DNA of 64,000 nucleotides from Balanoglossus misakiensis (Eukaryota; Animalia; Hemichordata). Shown here piece by piece: positions 21,967-35,834 of this stretch (within the stretch, counting starts at the first letter, position 1; each line of letters begins with the position of its first letter). Under the pieces are notes generated by a model. The model was not told where the DNA came from, ran no database searches, and saw only the letters and a list, made by a program, of their open reading frames with translations. The stretch is taken from contig CM082577.2 in the NCBI GenBank assembly GCA_040954595.2, forward strand, positions 14,453,903 to 14,517,902, written 5' to 3'. The position numbers and the translations under genes were made by a program.

Positions 21967-22226
21967 TGCTCACGGCCACCAACTGACTAGTTATTATATT
22001 AATACATGAAGTTACTTTGACATGACGTTTGTATTTGGAGAAGAGTTGACACAACGACAGTGAGAATCAAATTGCGCACACACGGGTTACGTGTGTTAGC
22101 CTGGATATCACGATCATACACCAGATTCAACTGAGTCAAACTATAACCGCTTCATAATATAGAGCGGGAATTCTTTGAGTCGCATATATGGCTACATCTA
22201 GGTGATTGGATAATTTGTCTACGTAA

Positions 22227-23020
22227 GGCTGCATTCACAAACACCTCTGGAGGGGGGGGCAGGAGAATTAAGGGGGGGGGTTTGAAAAAATTAAGGGTAT
22301 GTAAGGGGAGGGGGATTTGAAATAATTTAGGGACTGAAAGGGGGGGGACTTGAAAACTTTGACGACTAAATATTTATTTTGAGTCCACAAAAATGCAGTT
22401 TCGCGCCCTTTATTTTACAAAATTTTCTAATGTGGGAGGGGGAAACCTCCTGCCACACCCACCCCCTCAATTCATCAACACCTTTCAATCATTGACTGGT
22501 TTATGTAGTGACCCAGGTCAGGGGACTTGCACCCACCCCATGATAACTTTGCTCGGCGACGGTTAAATTTGTCCTCCCCAACAAACCGGTAGTTGAGTTA
22601 ATTTGCTTTTGCCGGGTTCCTTAAAATGCAGCTTTGAGCTCTGTATTTTATAAAATTTTCTTACGTGGGAGGGGGACACCCCCTCCCAAACCCACCCCCT
22701 TCAATTCTCGGTTTACAATGTCTCCCAACACAGAATACAAATACTTAAAAAATAAAAACAATGTTCAGTGAGGGGGTACATCAGTTTCAAATTCTTTTCA
22801 TGGGAGCGCTGTTTTTCTTTTTTTTACAAGATAGGTGATGTGTTTTGCTCTGTGAAAGAAAATGGGGGGGGGGGGATTCAAAATTTTGGTAGTTCGGAAG
22901 GGGGGGGATTTGGAAATATTTCGGCTGTGTACGGGAGGCATGTGAAAATTAGCGGTAAAAAAAATTGAATTCTCCCGCCCCGCCCCCCCCCCCCCTCCAG
23001 AGGTGTTTGTGAATGCAACC
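22227..23020. mobile_element. MITE, PIF/Harbinger-like (TAA TSD)
   Basis: TAA|GGCTGCATTCACAAACACCTCTGGAGGGGGGGG ... CCCCCCCCTCCAGAGGTGTTTGTGAATGCAACC|TAA: TIR over 30 bp with one mismatch, G/C homopolymer-rich interior. Confidence 0.9.
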
Positions 23021-23503
23021 TAAGGGTATTTCGCAAAACATCCCGTAGGCTGTGGTTTGGATTTGAATAATCATGGTTGACGGTATAGATTGACTTTTAC
23101 AAACGGGGTCAAACGGCCATTATGGCACAACGCTTTCGAGAAAATTGCGTCCCCTTACTAACTGTAAGATTTTTCAATGTATTCCCCGCATACAAGTACT
23201 CGCTATATATTCATGGATATCATATGTGAGATTGTATGGCAATGAAAGCCATAAATCCAGTGAATTTATCGAGACACACAATACGCCTTGCCAGTAGACT
23301 GACTTTTTCACATTTGCATAATCTTACCATAATGCGCCTTAGAATGGGCAGGTTGCGTGACGAAGTTCTAATGTTGTACCAGGTTTTGGGGATCCATACG
23401 CGTTCTCTCGCGCCAACAACACCCCGATCAAATCTCCGTAATAATATTAACGTGATTCACAGGGTCTCTACTTAAACAGCTCTATGTGCTTGGTAAACAT
23501 ATA

Positions 23504-24181
23504 ATGTTTTCGCAGTCAGGAGTTATTGTCACATTTGTCACTTTAATATTGTATGTTTTGATGACACACGGTGACCCGGCATCTAAGCGACATTCCTACT
23601 GTTTGAAATTCAACGCTCTACCTGGAGTAAGCTTAACAGAGGCGAGGGAAATAATTCCAGGGGCATTATACCAAGCATGGCCAGGTCACGAATTTAGAGA
23701 AAACTGTTCAGATCCGAGACGGATCACAATTCATTCAAGAAACAAATTGTATAAAATCAAACACAACGGATTACGGGGTCGGTTTAGCGACCTAGCTATT
23801 GCACATGCATGGACAGAAGCCAAAACGATAGTTTTAAATCGGAAGGATCTATATGGGTTTAAGACAAGGATCTCGGTCGTCGACAGGTCTGACCGTTACG
23901 CGGATTGGTGTTTTATCTCCAACAATACAGAATCATTGTACAGCGCGTGTTCGCTTTGTTTGCATCGCCTGAATTTCACTTCCGTTGGGGCAAAATGTAA
24001 GGCAATTGTGATTGACGTCGGTTTCATTATAGCGCACGAAATAGGACATGTTATCGGCCACGATCATGAAGAAACGGGAGTGATGAGGCGATTCTTACGG
24101 AGTCCCCTAGAACCAATAGCAACAGAAATATCTGATTTATACCCTAGAATAAACGCACAATTGACACGCCCTCTAGGGTGA
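23504..24181 (+). CDS. Secreted metzincin zinc metalloprotease (matrixin-like)
   Basis: Signal peptide, LAIAHAW strand, HEIGHVIGHDH (HExxHxxGxxH) and Met-turn GVM. Confidence 0.85.
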   Translation: MFSQSGVIVTFVTLILYVLMTHGDPASKRHSYCLKFNALPGVSLTEAREIIPGALYQAWPGHEFRENCSDPRRITIHSRNKLYKIKHNGLRGRFSDLAIAHAWTEAKTIVLNRKDLYGFKTRISVVDRSDRYADWCFISNNTESLYSACSLCLHRLNFTSVGAKCKAIVIDVGFIIAHEIGHVIGHDHEETGVMRRFLRSPLEPIATEISDLYPRINAQLTRPLG

Positions 24182-24288
24182 CGTATGCTGATTCCTAGGC
24201 TGTGTTCGTGTTAAGTGTGGGATGACGCATGCGTACGTGATTCACCCTGACGGCCACGATCACGCCAATTGAGTGACTACATTCTCCT

Positions 24289-27200
24289 TGTCTGCTGACG
24301 AGACGCATGCGAACGTGGGTACCCCACGACTGAGATTGACGACCTTGTACTACATGCAAAGTCCGTTAATGTCTTTGTATGACAGGCATGGTGTCTGCGC
24401 GAATGCATTACATACACAGGCTTTCGTAACCCGACGTTGGTGGCGTTCCACATTCTCCTCGCTTTCCAAAAGGGTAGTAGATACAAGAAAATGCCTTGAT
24501 GGCATGACATATTATTGTATTTCTATTTTGGATTTAAAGGGCCAATCGGCAATATATACATACTGAATAAACATATTCATTCATTCATTCATTCATTCGT
24601 TCATTCCCCACGATGTAGATTGGATTGTAGGAGACGACCTTGTCAACAAATCCCACGGGGGTTTACTACCTACAACGTTCATGCATGCATGTGTCTGCTG
24701 ACGAGACGCATGCGAACGTGGGTACCCCACGACTGAGATTGACGACCTTGTACTACATGCAAAGTCCGTGAATGTCTTTGTATGACAGGCATGGTGTCTG
24801 CGCGAATGCATTACATACACAGGCTTTCGTAACCTGACGTTGGTGGCGTTCCACATTCTCCTCGCTTTCCAAAAGGGTAGTAGGTACAAGAAAATGCCTT
24901 GATGGCATGACATATTATTGTATTTCTATTTTGGATTTAAAGGGCCAATCGGCAATATATACATACTGAATAAACATATTCATTCATTCATTCATTCATT
25001 CGTTCATTCCCCACGATGTAGATTGGATTGTAGGAGACGACCTTGTCAACAAATCCCACGGGGGTTTACTACCTACAACGTTCATGCATGCATGTGTCTG
25101 CTGACGAGACGCATGCGAACGTGGGTACCCCACGACTGAGATTGACGACCTTGTACTACATGCAAAGTCCGTGAATGTCTTTGTATGACAGGCATGGTGT
25201 CTGCGCGAATGCATTACATACACAGGCTTTCGTAACCCGACGTTGGTGGCGTTCCACATTCTCCTCGCTTTCCAAAAGGGTAGTAGATACAAGAAAATGC
25301 CTTGATGGCATGACATATTATTGTATTTCTATTTTGGATTTAAAGGGCCAATCGGCAATATATACATACTGAATAAACATATTCATTCATTCATTCATTC
25401 ATTCGTTCATTCCCCACGATGTAGATTGGATTGTAGGAGACGACCTTGTCAACAAATCCCACGGGGGTTTACTACCTACAACGTTCATGCATGCATGTGT
25501 CTGCTGACGAGACGCATGCGAACGTGGGTACCCCACGACTGAGATTGACGACCTTGTACTACATGCAAAGTCCGTGAATGTCTTTGTATGACAGGCATGG
25601 TGTCTGCGCGAATGCATTACATACACAGGCTTTCGTAACCTGACGTTGGTGGCGTTCCACATTCTCCTCGCTTTCCAAAAGGGTAGTAGGTACAAGAAAA
25701 TGCCTTGATGGCATGACATATTATTGTATTTCTATTTTGGATTTAAAGGGCCAATCGGCAATATATACATACTGAATAAACATATTCATTCATTCATTCA
25801 TTCATTCGTTCATTCCCCACGATGTAGATTGGATTGTAGGAGACGACCTTGTCAACAAATCCCACGGGGGTTTACTACCTACAACGTTCATGCATGCATG
25901 TGTCTGCTGACGAGACGCATGCGAACGTGGGTACCCCACGACTGAGATTGACGACCTTGTACTACATGCAAAGTCCGTGAATGTCTTTGTATGACAGGCA
26001 TGGTGTCTGCGCGAATGCATTACATACACAGGCTTTCGTAACCTGACGTTGGTGGCGTTCCACATTCTCCTCGCTTTCCAAAAGGGTAGTAGGTACAAGA
26101 AAATGCCTTGATGGCATGACATATTATTGTATTTCTATTTTGGATTTAAAGGGCCAATCGGCAATATATACATACTGAATAAACATATTCATTCATTCAT
26201 TCATTCATTCGTTCATTCCCCACGATGTAGATTGGATTGTAGGAGACGACCTTGTCAACAAATCCCACGGGGGTTTACTACATACAACGTTCATGCATGC
26301 ATGTGTCTGCTGACGAGACGCATGCGAACGTGGGTACCCCACGACTGAGATTGACGACCTTGTACTACATGCAAAGTCCGTGAATGTCTTTGTATGACAG
26401 GCATGGTGTCTGCGCGAATGCATTACATACACAGGCTTTCGTAACCTGACGTTGGTGGCGTTCCACATTCTCCTCGCTTTCCAAAAGGGTAGTAGGTACA
26501 AGAAAATGCCTTGATGGCATGACATATTATTGTATTTCTATTTTGGATTTAAAGGGCCAATCGGCAATATATACATACTGAATAAACATATTCATTCATT
26601 CATTCATTCATTCGTTCATTCCCCACGATGTAGATTGGATTGTAGGAGACGACCTTGTCAACAAATCCCACGGGGGTTTACTACCTACAACGTTCATGCA
26701 TGCATGTGTCTGCTGACGAGACGCATGCGAACGTGGGTACCCCACGACTGAGATTGACGACCTTGTACTACATGCAAAGTCCGTGAATGTCTTTGTATGA
26801 CAGGCATGGTGTCTGCGCGAATGCATTACATACACAGGCTTTCGTAACCCGACGTTGGTGGCGTTCCACATTCTCCTCGCTTTCCAAAAGGGTAGTAGGT
26901 ACAAGAAAATGCCTTGATGGCATGACATATTATTGTATTTAGGGGACCAAGCGCCCTCAGGCGCTTGGTCCCCTTCTGTTATTGCTGGAGTTTTTCTTCT
27001 TTCTTCTTGAGTCGTTTTTTTGCGCCCATTTTTCTCTGAAATTCCGGCAGGTGCGCCTTCCAAATTTGGCACGGTGGTTGGGGCCCATGAGTACTGGTGC
27101 ACCTGCCCTTTGAATTTGTAATTAGTCACGTGACTTTGTGGCTATAATCGAACGAAATTTTCAAATTGACCTATTTTGCACGTTAATGGGGGCATGTACA

Positions 27201-30200
27201 TTCTTTTCGCGATTTTTGTAGACCATGTGGCCAAAATCCCCTGTGCCAAATTTCAAGGTCCTAGGCCACGTCGATTTTGAGAAGAAGATTTTTGTAATAT
27301 TTTTCGCATTTTTGGTGGGCTGAGGACGGACACTGGGGCATCGGACTTTGACCGTCATTACGTAATGTTGTGGAGATCTCATTAGCAGGCTACTCACTTC
27401 TGGCGGGTTGCAGTAGTCCTTGGAAAATCGGCTGAAATACGTAAACAGACCAGTGATTATTTTCCACGGAATGAATTTTGGGACAGCACATTATCTGAGT
27501 TCAGGCTGTGTTAGGGCGTTTTATTGAATTACGCTGAGTTTGTTAGCTGTTGCCGTTCAAATGTGTCTACGCAGACCCGGCTACACTGGTTAACATTCAA
27601 TGTAATGCGGCAGCGGACTTTGACCCTCAGTCGCTAATGTGACCGAAATACGTCAGCAGACCAGTGATTTTCTTGCACGAAGGGAGTATGGTACCAGCAA
27701 TAATCAGAGATCAGGCTTCTTTGCCGTTCAAAAGTTCCTACTTCAGTCGTGACGTTGCAACTGAACGTTCAGTATGGGGGTTGGCCCGCAGGTGGCCGTG
27801 GGGGTTATCAGGTCGCCCGTAATGGCACGCAGCTTCATGCAGCTGTATGGGACCAAAATAATACGCCCGATTCGGGGGTCACCTGTGACACCTGCGTAAC
27901 TCAATTATGTGCATGCGTAATTGTGGGGTCAATGAAAGGGATGCTAGTGTGGTATTTGTTGCACATGGATCAATATGAAGTCAGATTTTCCTGTCAAGTT
28001 ATGGGCGACCTTATGTGACATTTCACCTACTTTGGCTTAGTGAGCATCCACAGCAGATGCATGCAGCTTTGGCGTGGGGGGGGGGGCATATACGGAAGGA
28101 ACCATAATGATATACCAAAGGCGGGGGTCACCTGTTGCACCTGCCTAAGTCATTGATTTTGTACATTTAATTGGACACTAACCAACAGGGCAATAGGTGT
28201 GGTTTTTGTTCCACAGGGACGAATGTAAGTGTCAGTTTGTTTTTGCCCAAATGTATAAGTTGATTTGGATGACCTCTGTCGTACAGTGCCATATCTCAGC
28301 CCGTTGTACAGGTGCAGCTTTGGTATTTGGAGGGATGAAACTATCATGAAATGCCAAATACAGGGGGATACCTGCGACACCTGCTTGATTCATGTATTAC
28401 GTGCATACCTAATGGTAGGCAAAGTGAAAGGGCTGCAAATGTAGGATTTGTTGTACATGACATAAACAGGAATGACAATTTTTTATCAAATTTTTGGGTG
28501 ACCTCAGGTGTCCATTGACCTGCTTTCCATATGTTAGCATGCACATCATATATAGCCAGGTGTTTGGAGGGGTAGGCAGGGTAGGACCCTCTGCGTCATG
28601 AAATGCTAAATTCCTGGGGCCACCTGTAACTTACTCGCGTAACTCATTATTATGGCCATATCTAATTTGACAAACCTAAACAGCGAGGATTTTCCGTTGT
28701 CTTGAATATGAACCAAATAAGAATCCTCATTTTTGGCCCAATTTTTGGGTACCCTCAGCTGACCTTTGAAGTATACTTACTGAAGTACAACGTAGAAGTT
28801 CACCTTTGGTTGTTGTGTTTGTACTTGTAAGACATCCATTTCGGGTGGTTGCCTACTTCCCCATATCTCCACATCCAGAGCAAATACAGCCTACGCATTT
28901 GAATGGTACAACCCTGAATGGAGTCTAATGGTTATTAACTCTATGCTTGGGCCCCTTCAATGCTGCTTGCAGCTTTAATTCTATTTTGGATTTAAAGGGC
29001 CAATCGGCAATATATACATACTGAATAAACATATTCATTCATTCATTCATTCATTCGTTCATTCCCCACGATGTAGATTGGATTGTAGGAGACGACCTTG
29101 TCAACAAATCCCACGGGGGTTTACTACCTACAACGTTCATGCATGCATGTGTCTGCTGACGAGACGCATGCGAACGTGGGTACCCCACGACTGAGATTGA
29201 CGACCTTGTACTACATGCAAAGTCCGTGAATGTCTTTGTATGACAGGCATGGTGTCTGCGCGAATGCATTACATACACAGGCTTTCGTAACCCGACGTTG
29301 GTGGCGTTCCACATTCTCCTCGCTTTCCAAAAGGGTAGTAGGTACAAGAAAATGCCTTGATGGCATGACATATTATTGTATTTCTATTTTGGATTTAAAG
29401 GGCCAATCGGCAATATATACATACTGAATAAACATATTCATTCATTCATTCATTCATTCGTTCATTCCCCACGATGTAGATTGGATTGTAGGAGACGACC
29501 TTGTCAACAAATCCCACGGGGGTTTACTACCTACAACGTTCATGCATGCATGTGTCTGCTGACGAGACGCATGCGAACGTGGGTACCCCACGACTGAGAT
29601 TGACGACCTTGTACTACATGCAAAGTCCGTGAATGTCTTTGTATGACAGGCATGGTGTCTGCGCGAATGCATTACATACACAGGCTTTCGTAACCCGACG
29701 TTGGTGGCGTTCCACATTCTCCTCGCTTTCCAAAAGGGTAGTAGGTACAAGAAAATGCCTTGATGGCATGACATATTATTGTATTTCTATTTTGGATTTA
29801 AAGGGCCAATCGGCAATATATACATACTGAATAAACATATTCATTCATTCATTCATTCATTCGTTCATTCCCCACGATGTAGATTGGATTGTAGGAGACG
29901 ACCTTGTCAACAAATCCCACGGGGGTTTACTACCTACAACGTTCATGCATGCATGTGTCTGCTGACGAGACGCATGCGAACGTGGGTACCCCACGACTGA
30001 GATTGACGACCTTGTACTACATGCAAAGTCCGTGAATGTCTTTGTATGACAGGCATGGTGTCTGCGCGAATGCATTACATACACAGGCTTTCGTAACCCG
30101 ACGTTGGTGGCGTTCCACATTCTCCTCGCTTTCCAAAAGGGTAGTAGGTACAAGAAAATGCCTTGATGGCATGACATATTATTGTATTTCTATTTTGGAT

Positions 30201-33200
30201 TTAAAGGGCCAATCGGCAATATATACATACTGAATAAACATATTCATTCATTCATTCATTCATTCGTTCATTCCCCACGATGTAGATTGGATTGTAGGAG
30301 ACGACCTTGTCAACAAATCCCACGGGGGTTTACTACCTACAACGTTCATGCATGCATGTGTCTGCTGACGAGACGCATGCGAACGTGGGTACCCCACGAC
30401 TGAGATTGACGACCTTGTACTACATGCAAAGTCCGTGAATGTCTTTGTATGACAGGCATGGTGTCTGCGCGAATGCATTACATACACAGGCTTTCGTAAC
30501 CTGACGTTGGTGGCGTTCCACATTCTCCTCGCTTTCCAAAAGGGTAGTAGATACAAGAAAATGCCTTGATGGCATGACATATTATTGTATTTCTATTTTG
30601 GATTTAAAGGGCCAATCGGCAATATATACATACTGAATAAACATATTCATTCATTCATTCATTCATTCGTTCATTCCCCACGATGTAGATTGGATTGTAG
30701 GAGACGACCTTGTCAACAAATCCCACGGGGGTTTACTACCTACAACGTTCATGCATGCATGTGTCTGCTGACGAGACGCATGCGAACGTGGGTACCCCAC
30801 GACTGAGATTGACGACCTTGTATAAGTCCGTGAATGTCTTGTACTATGACAGGCATGGTGTCTGCGCGAATGCATTACATACACAGGCTTTCGTAACCTG
30901 ACGTTGGTGGCGTTCCACATTCTCCTCGCTTTCCAAAAGGGTAGTAGGTACAAGAAAATGCCTTGATGGCATGACATATTATTGTATTTCTATTTTGGAT
31001 TTAAAGGGCCAATCGGCAATATATACATACTGAATAAACATATTCATTCATTCATTCATTCATTCGTTCATTCCCCACGATGTAGATTGGATTGTAGGAG
31101 ACGACCTTGTCAACAAATCCCACGGGGGTTTACTACCTACAACGTTCATGCATGCATGTGTCTGCTGACGAGACGCATGCGAACGTGGGTACCCCACGAC
31201 TGAGATTGACGACCTTGTACTACATGCAAAGTCCGTGAATGTCTTTGTATGACAGGCATGGTGTCTGCGCGAATGCATTACATACACAGGCTTTCGTAAC
31301 CCGACGTTGGTGGCGTTCCACATTCTCCTCGCTTTCCAAAAGGGTAGTAGGTACAAGAAAATGCCTTGATGGCATGACATATTATTGTATTTCTATTTTG
31401 GATTTAAAGGGCCAATCGGCAATATATACATACTGAATAAACATATTCATTCATTCATTCATTCATTCGTTCATTCCCCACGATGTAGATTGGATTGTAG
31501 GAGACGACCTTGTCAACAAATCCCACGGGGGTTTACTACCTACAACGTTCATGCATGCATGTGTCTGCTGACGAGACGCATGCGAACGTGGGTACCCCAC
31601 GACTGAGATTGACGACCTTGTACTACATGCAAAGTCCGTGAATGTCTTTGTATGACAGGCATGGTGTCTGCGCGAATGCATTACATACACAGGCTTTCGT
31701 AACCCGACGTTGGTGGCGTTCCACATTCTCCTCGCTTTCCAAAAGGGTAGTAGGTACAAGAAAATGCCTTGATGGCATGACATATTATTGTATTTCTATT
31801 TTGGATTTAAAGGGCCAATCGGCAATATATACATACTGAATAAACATATTCATTCATTCATTCATTCATTCGTTCATTCCCCACGATGTAGATTGGATTG
31901 TAGGAGACGACCTTGTCAACAAATCCCACGGGGGTTTACTACCTACAACGTTCATGCATGCATGTGTCTGCTGACGAGACGCATGCGAACGTGGGTACCC
32001 CACGACTGAGATTGACGACCTTGTACTACATGCAAAGTCCGTGAATGTCTTTGTATGACAGGCATGGTGTCTGCGCGAATGCATTACATACACAGGCTTT
32101 CGTAACCCGACGTTGGTGGCGTTCCACATTCTCCTCGCTTTCCAAAAGGGTAGTAGATACAAGAAAATGCCTTGATGGCATGACATATTATTGTATTTCT
32201 ATTTTGGATTTAAAGGGCCAATCGGCAATATATACATACTGAATAAACATATTCATTCATTCATTCATTCATTCGTTCATTCCCCACGATGTAGATTGGA
32301 TTGTAGGAGACGACCTTGTCAACAAATCCCACGGGGGTTTACTACCTACAACGTTCATGCATGCATGTGTCTGCTGACGAGACGCATGCGAACGTGGGTA
32401 CCCCACGACTGAGATTGACGACCTTGTACTACATGCAAAGTCCGTGAATGTCTTTGTATGACAGGCATGGTGTCTGCGCGAATGCATTACATACACAGGC
32501 TTTCGTAACCTGACGTTGGTGGCGTTCCACATTCTCCTCGCTTTCCAAAAGGGTAGTAGGTACAAGAAAATGCCTTGATGGCATGACATATTATTGTATT
32601 TCTATTTTGGATTTAAAGGGCCAATCGGCAATATATACATACTGAATAAACATATTCATTCATTCATTCATTCATTCGTTCATTCCCCACGATGTAGATT
32701 GGATTGTAGGAGACGACCTTGTCAACAAATCCCACGGGGGTTTACTACCTACAACGTTCATGCATGCATGTGTCTGCTGACGAGACGCATGCGAACGTGG
32801 GTACCCCACGACTGAGATTGACGACCTTGTATAAGTCCGTGAATGTCTTGTACTATGACAGGCATGGTGTCTGCGCGAATGCATTACATACACAGGCTTT
32901 CGTAACCTGACGTTGGTGGCGTTCCACATTCTCCTCGCTTTCCAAAAGGGTAGTAGGTACAAGAAAATGCCTTGATGGCATGACATATTATTGTATTTCT
33001 ATTTTGGATTTAAAGGGCCAATCGGCAATATATACATACTGAATAAACATATTCATTCATTCATTCATTCATTCGTTCATTCCCCACGATGTAGATTGGA
33101 TTGTAGGAGACGACCTTGTCAACAAATCCCACGGGGGTTTACTACCTACAACGTTCATGCATGCATGTGTCTGCTGACGAGACGCATGCGAACGTGGGTA

Positions 33201-33722
33201 CCCCACGACTGAGATTGACGACCTTGTACTACATGCAAAGTCCGTGAATGTCTTTGTATGACAGGCATGGTGTCTGCGCGAATGCATTACATACACAGGC
33301 TTTCGTAACCTGACGTTGGTGGCGTTCCACATTCTCCTCGCTTTCCAAAAGGGTAGTAGGTACAAGAAAATGCCTTGATGGCATGACATATTATTGTATT
33401 TCTATTTTGGATTTAAAGGGCCAATCGGCAATATATACATACTGAATAAACATATTCATTCATTCATTCATTCATTCGTTCATTCCCCACGATGTAGATT
33501 GGATTGTAGGAGACGACCTTGTCAACAAATCCCACGGGGGTTTACTACCTACAACGTTCATGCATGCATGTGTCTGCTGACGAGACGCATGCGAACGTGG
33601 GTACCCCACGACTGAGATTGACGACCTTGTATAAGTCCGTGAATGTCTTGTACTATGATAGGCATGGTGTCTGCGCGAATGCATTACATACACAGGCTTT
33701 CGTAACCTGACGTTGGTGGCGT
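24289..33722. repeat. Tandem array of ~403-bp units (~18 copies, some 397-bp variants), interrupted by a 2040-bp insertion
   Basis: Same unit recurs at 403-bp spacing (24515, 24918, 25321 ... 33394). Each unit contains AATAAA and (TTCA)n. Only a few variable positions. Confidence 0.97.
26941..28980 (+). mobile_element. Non-autonomous Helentron-type element (HINE/DINE-1-like) inserted in one array unit
   Basis: Splits the unit at tattgtattt|ctattttgg with no clear TSD (T-rich target). 5' 15-bp-stem hairpin aggggaccaagcgcc-ctca-ggcgcttggtcccct, 3' sub-terminal IR gcttgggcccct, then small hairpin gctgc-tt-gcagc and a T-rich end. Confidence 0.8.
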
Positions 33723-33734
33723 CAACATTTTTGT

Positions 33735-35834
33735 ATGTATGGCAATAACCATCCGCCAGCCCATTCAAACCATTTAAACTGTATAACCATGACACATCGT
33801 CCGGTCGTGATCTGCACACATGGCACTCAAGAGTTATACTCGGTCGGGTTTGATGAACTCGACCAAAAATTACCCTTCCTCGGTGGCTATGTCAGGTATA
33901 ACGACGCTGATCGGACCAATAGACGTGGAGGTAATGACAATTACATTTTGGATCTTCATACGCTAGATTTAAATATCCCGGTGGAAATATGGAAACTGTT
34001 ATTCTTTTACGTGCAACACGAACACATCCCACAAGACGGATGGGTGAACGTTACCAATATATTGGAAATCACTCGTGTAGCGGACATGCTGTTAGTGCCT
34101 GGATTCATGCAAGAACTAACGAAAGTTATTTTGATGTCTAATGACCGCGATTCTCGCATAGATTGCTTTGCCTGTGATACGCCTGTGCACGTGAAAGCTG
34201 GACTAGAGTATTTCAAGTTCCTCGTGGAAAATTTCGGCGACAGTACACCTGTATATTCGGATTTGACAGACGCAGTTGCGTGCACTCTGGCAGCAAAGAC
34301 CATTTGGATATGGCATCATCACGTGGGCGACATTTGGGAGAAAGAACACGTGAACCGATTTGCTAAGCGACGCAAGAGTTATTTTGATATAGAACGTCAT
34401 GTTTTCTATACAGTGTTGGCCTGGTTGCGAATTCGCCAAACAGACCTGTCTTCGAGACTGGACCTTCTTATCGGATTGCCTAACACAACCGCCGTATTAG
34501 AAACCGAAATTATTACGAAGATTATGGAAGAAATTTTCAGTAATCGTGCCCAAGGTCAGGAGTGGTGGTCTAGAAGAAAGAAGACGCCGCTTCCCGTTCA
34601 TCTTCACGACACTTCATTCAGGCAAGAGATAACAAACATGAGAAGAGAAAATCCAGCTGATATGACATATGTAAAAACTTCCACGTTACAATTGTCGTGC
34701 AACGAACTTACAATCTTAAACGATTTTACAGGCAACTTTCGTAAGTTTACTATAGTAAATGAACCCGAACAAGATGGACGCGACACAGTTGAATACCTGC
34801 AGTACCTTTACGATCTTCTGGTTTCTGACGACGACCGGTTTTTGTATTCATTTGACACGCGCAAGGGCAGAATTATATTTCGAGCAATCGACATAGGTGG
34901 AATCTCCGACCGCGATACGGCTGGTACGTCAGAAGGTGTCCCGAGAATTGGGTGGGACTTGGTCGTGGGTTGCTCTAAGCCATTCCAGCCCCAGCTTGGG
35001 GGTGAGGGGATCGTTCAAGCAGTAAAAGTCGCGAACACGTTTTTTGTTAATTTTGGGATGACGCAATTGTACGTGTTTCACAATGATGGATATTGGTTGG
35101 TATACGACGACCCTGGTCAAGTATCCCACGTTGAAAAAATGCCGTACCTGACGCTGAAAAGCGCCCCCGGGAATACGACACGCGCGGTCAGTTATTGCGT
35201 CCGCAGAGAAGGTGAAAACAGTTTGATAATATACGCAATCGCTCGGAATAAAGAAATGTTCAGGATGCGGGTTGCGAAGGATCTGTTTCAACAAAAACTC
35301 CAAACAAGCCTAGTAACCGGAGATGACTCTGCAGAGGTATACCTTCCAATGACATATCCCGACCTGGGGTTCTGTACCAAAGAATTACCAAGTATATTCG
35401 ATGTCCCCCATGTCGGGCTTGTTGTGGTGGGTGGGTTTTCATTAACTCACGACCAAGATTGGGATATGCTCGACTACCCACCCCCTTGCGTTAAATTGGA
35501 ATGTCACATTTTACATTCTGAGAACGAAACTACCGCCGAGGTTAGTTGCAAATGGGTGAAAAAAGTGTATGTGAGTAGGCCTACGTCCGACGCCAGCCTA
35601 CCGACTTGCGTACCAATATTGTGTTATGGTCCCGACAGATCGTTAAAGGGGTACGCCAGCCGTGGACAAATCACCTTATTTTCTGGAGACCGTAAATGTG
35701 CATTTACAAGGCGTGTGTTCAACTGTTATGTCATAATATTGGATTTGGTCAACGACACATTAACGCTGCAAAGACGAACCGGATTGCAAGAATACCTGCC
35801 CGACACGGATGCACTGATACACGGCCAATGTTAG
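33735..35834 (+). CDS. BTB/POZ-BACK protein with probable beta-propeller C-terminus (kelch-like), copy 1
   Basis: BTB-like PFL...IPVEIWKLLFFYV...NILEITRVADMLLVPGF, BACK-like ERHVFYTVLAWL, beta-rich C-terminus with VVVGG. Confidence 0.75.
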   Translation: MYGNNHPPAHSNHLNCITMTHRPVVICTHGTQELYSVGFDELDQKLPFLGGYVRYNDADRTNRRGGNDNYILDLHTLDLNIPVEIWKLLFFYVQHEHIPQDGWVNVTNILEITRVADMLLVPGFMQELTKVILMSNDRDSRIDCFACDTPVHVKAGLEYFKFLVENFGDSTPVYSDLTDAVACTLAAKTIWIWHHHVGDIWEKEHVNRFAKRRKSYFDIERHVFYTVLAWLRIRQTDLSSRLDLLIGLPNTTAVLETEIITKIMEEIFSNRAQGQEWWSRRKKTPLPVHLHDTSFRQEITNMRRENPADMTYVKTSTLQLSCNELTILNDFTGNFRKFTIVNEPEQDGRDTVEYLQYLYDLLVSDDDRFLYSFDTRKGRIIFRAIDIGGISDRDTAGTSEGVPRIGWDLVVGCSKPFQPQLGGEGIVQAVKVANTFFVNFGMTQLYVFHNDGYWLVYDDPGQVSHVEKMPYLTLKSAPGNTTRAVSYCVRREGENSLIIYAIARNKEMFRMRVAKDLFQQKLQTSLVTGDDSAEVYLPMTYPDLGFCTKELPSIFDVPHVGLVVVGGFSLTHDQDWDMLDYPPPCVKLECHILHSENETTAEVSCKWVKKVYVSRPTSDASLPTCVPILCYGPDRSLKGYASRGQITLFSGDRKCAFTRRVFNCYVIILDLVNDTLTLQRRTGLQEYLPDTDALIHGQC

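Noticed and set aside
24289-33722. CRISPR-like array
   Set aside because: Units are whole-length near-identical repeats with no unique spacers, and there are no cas genes.
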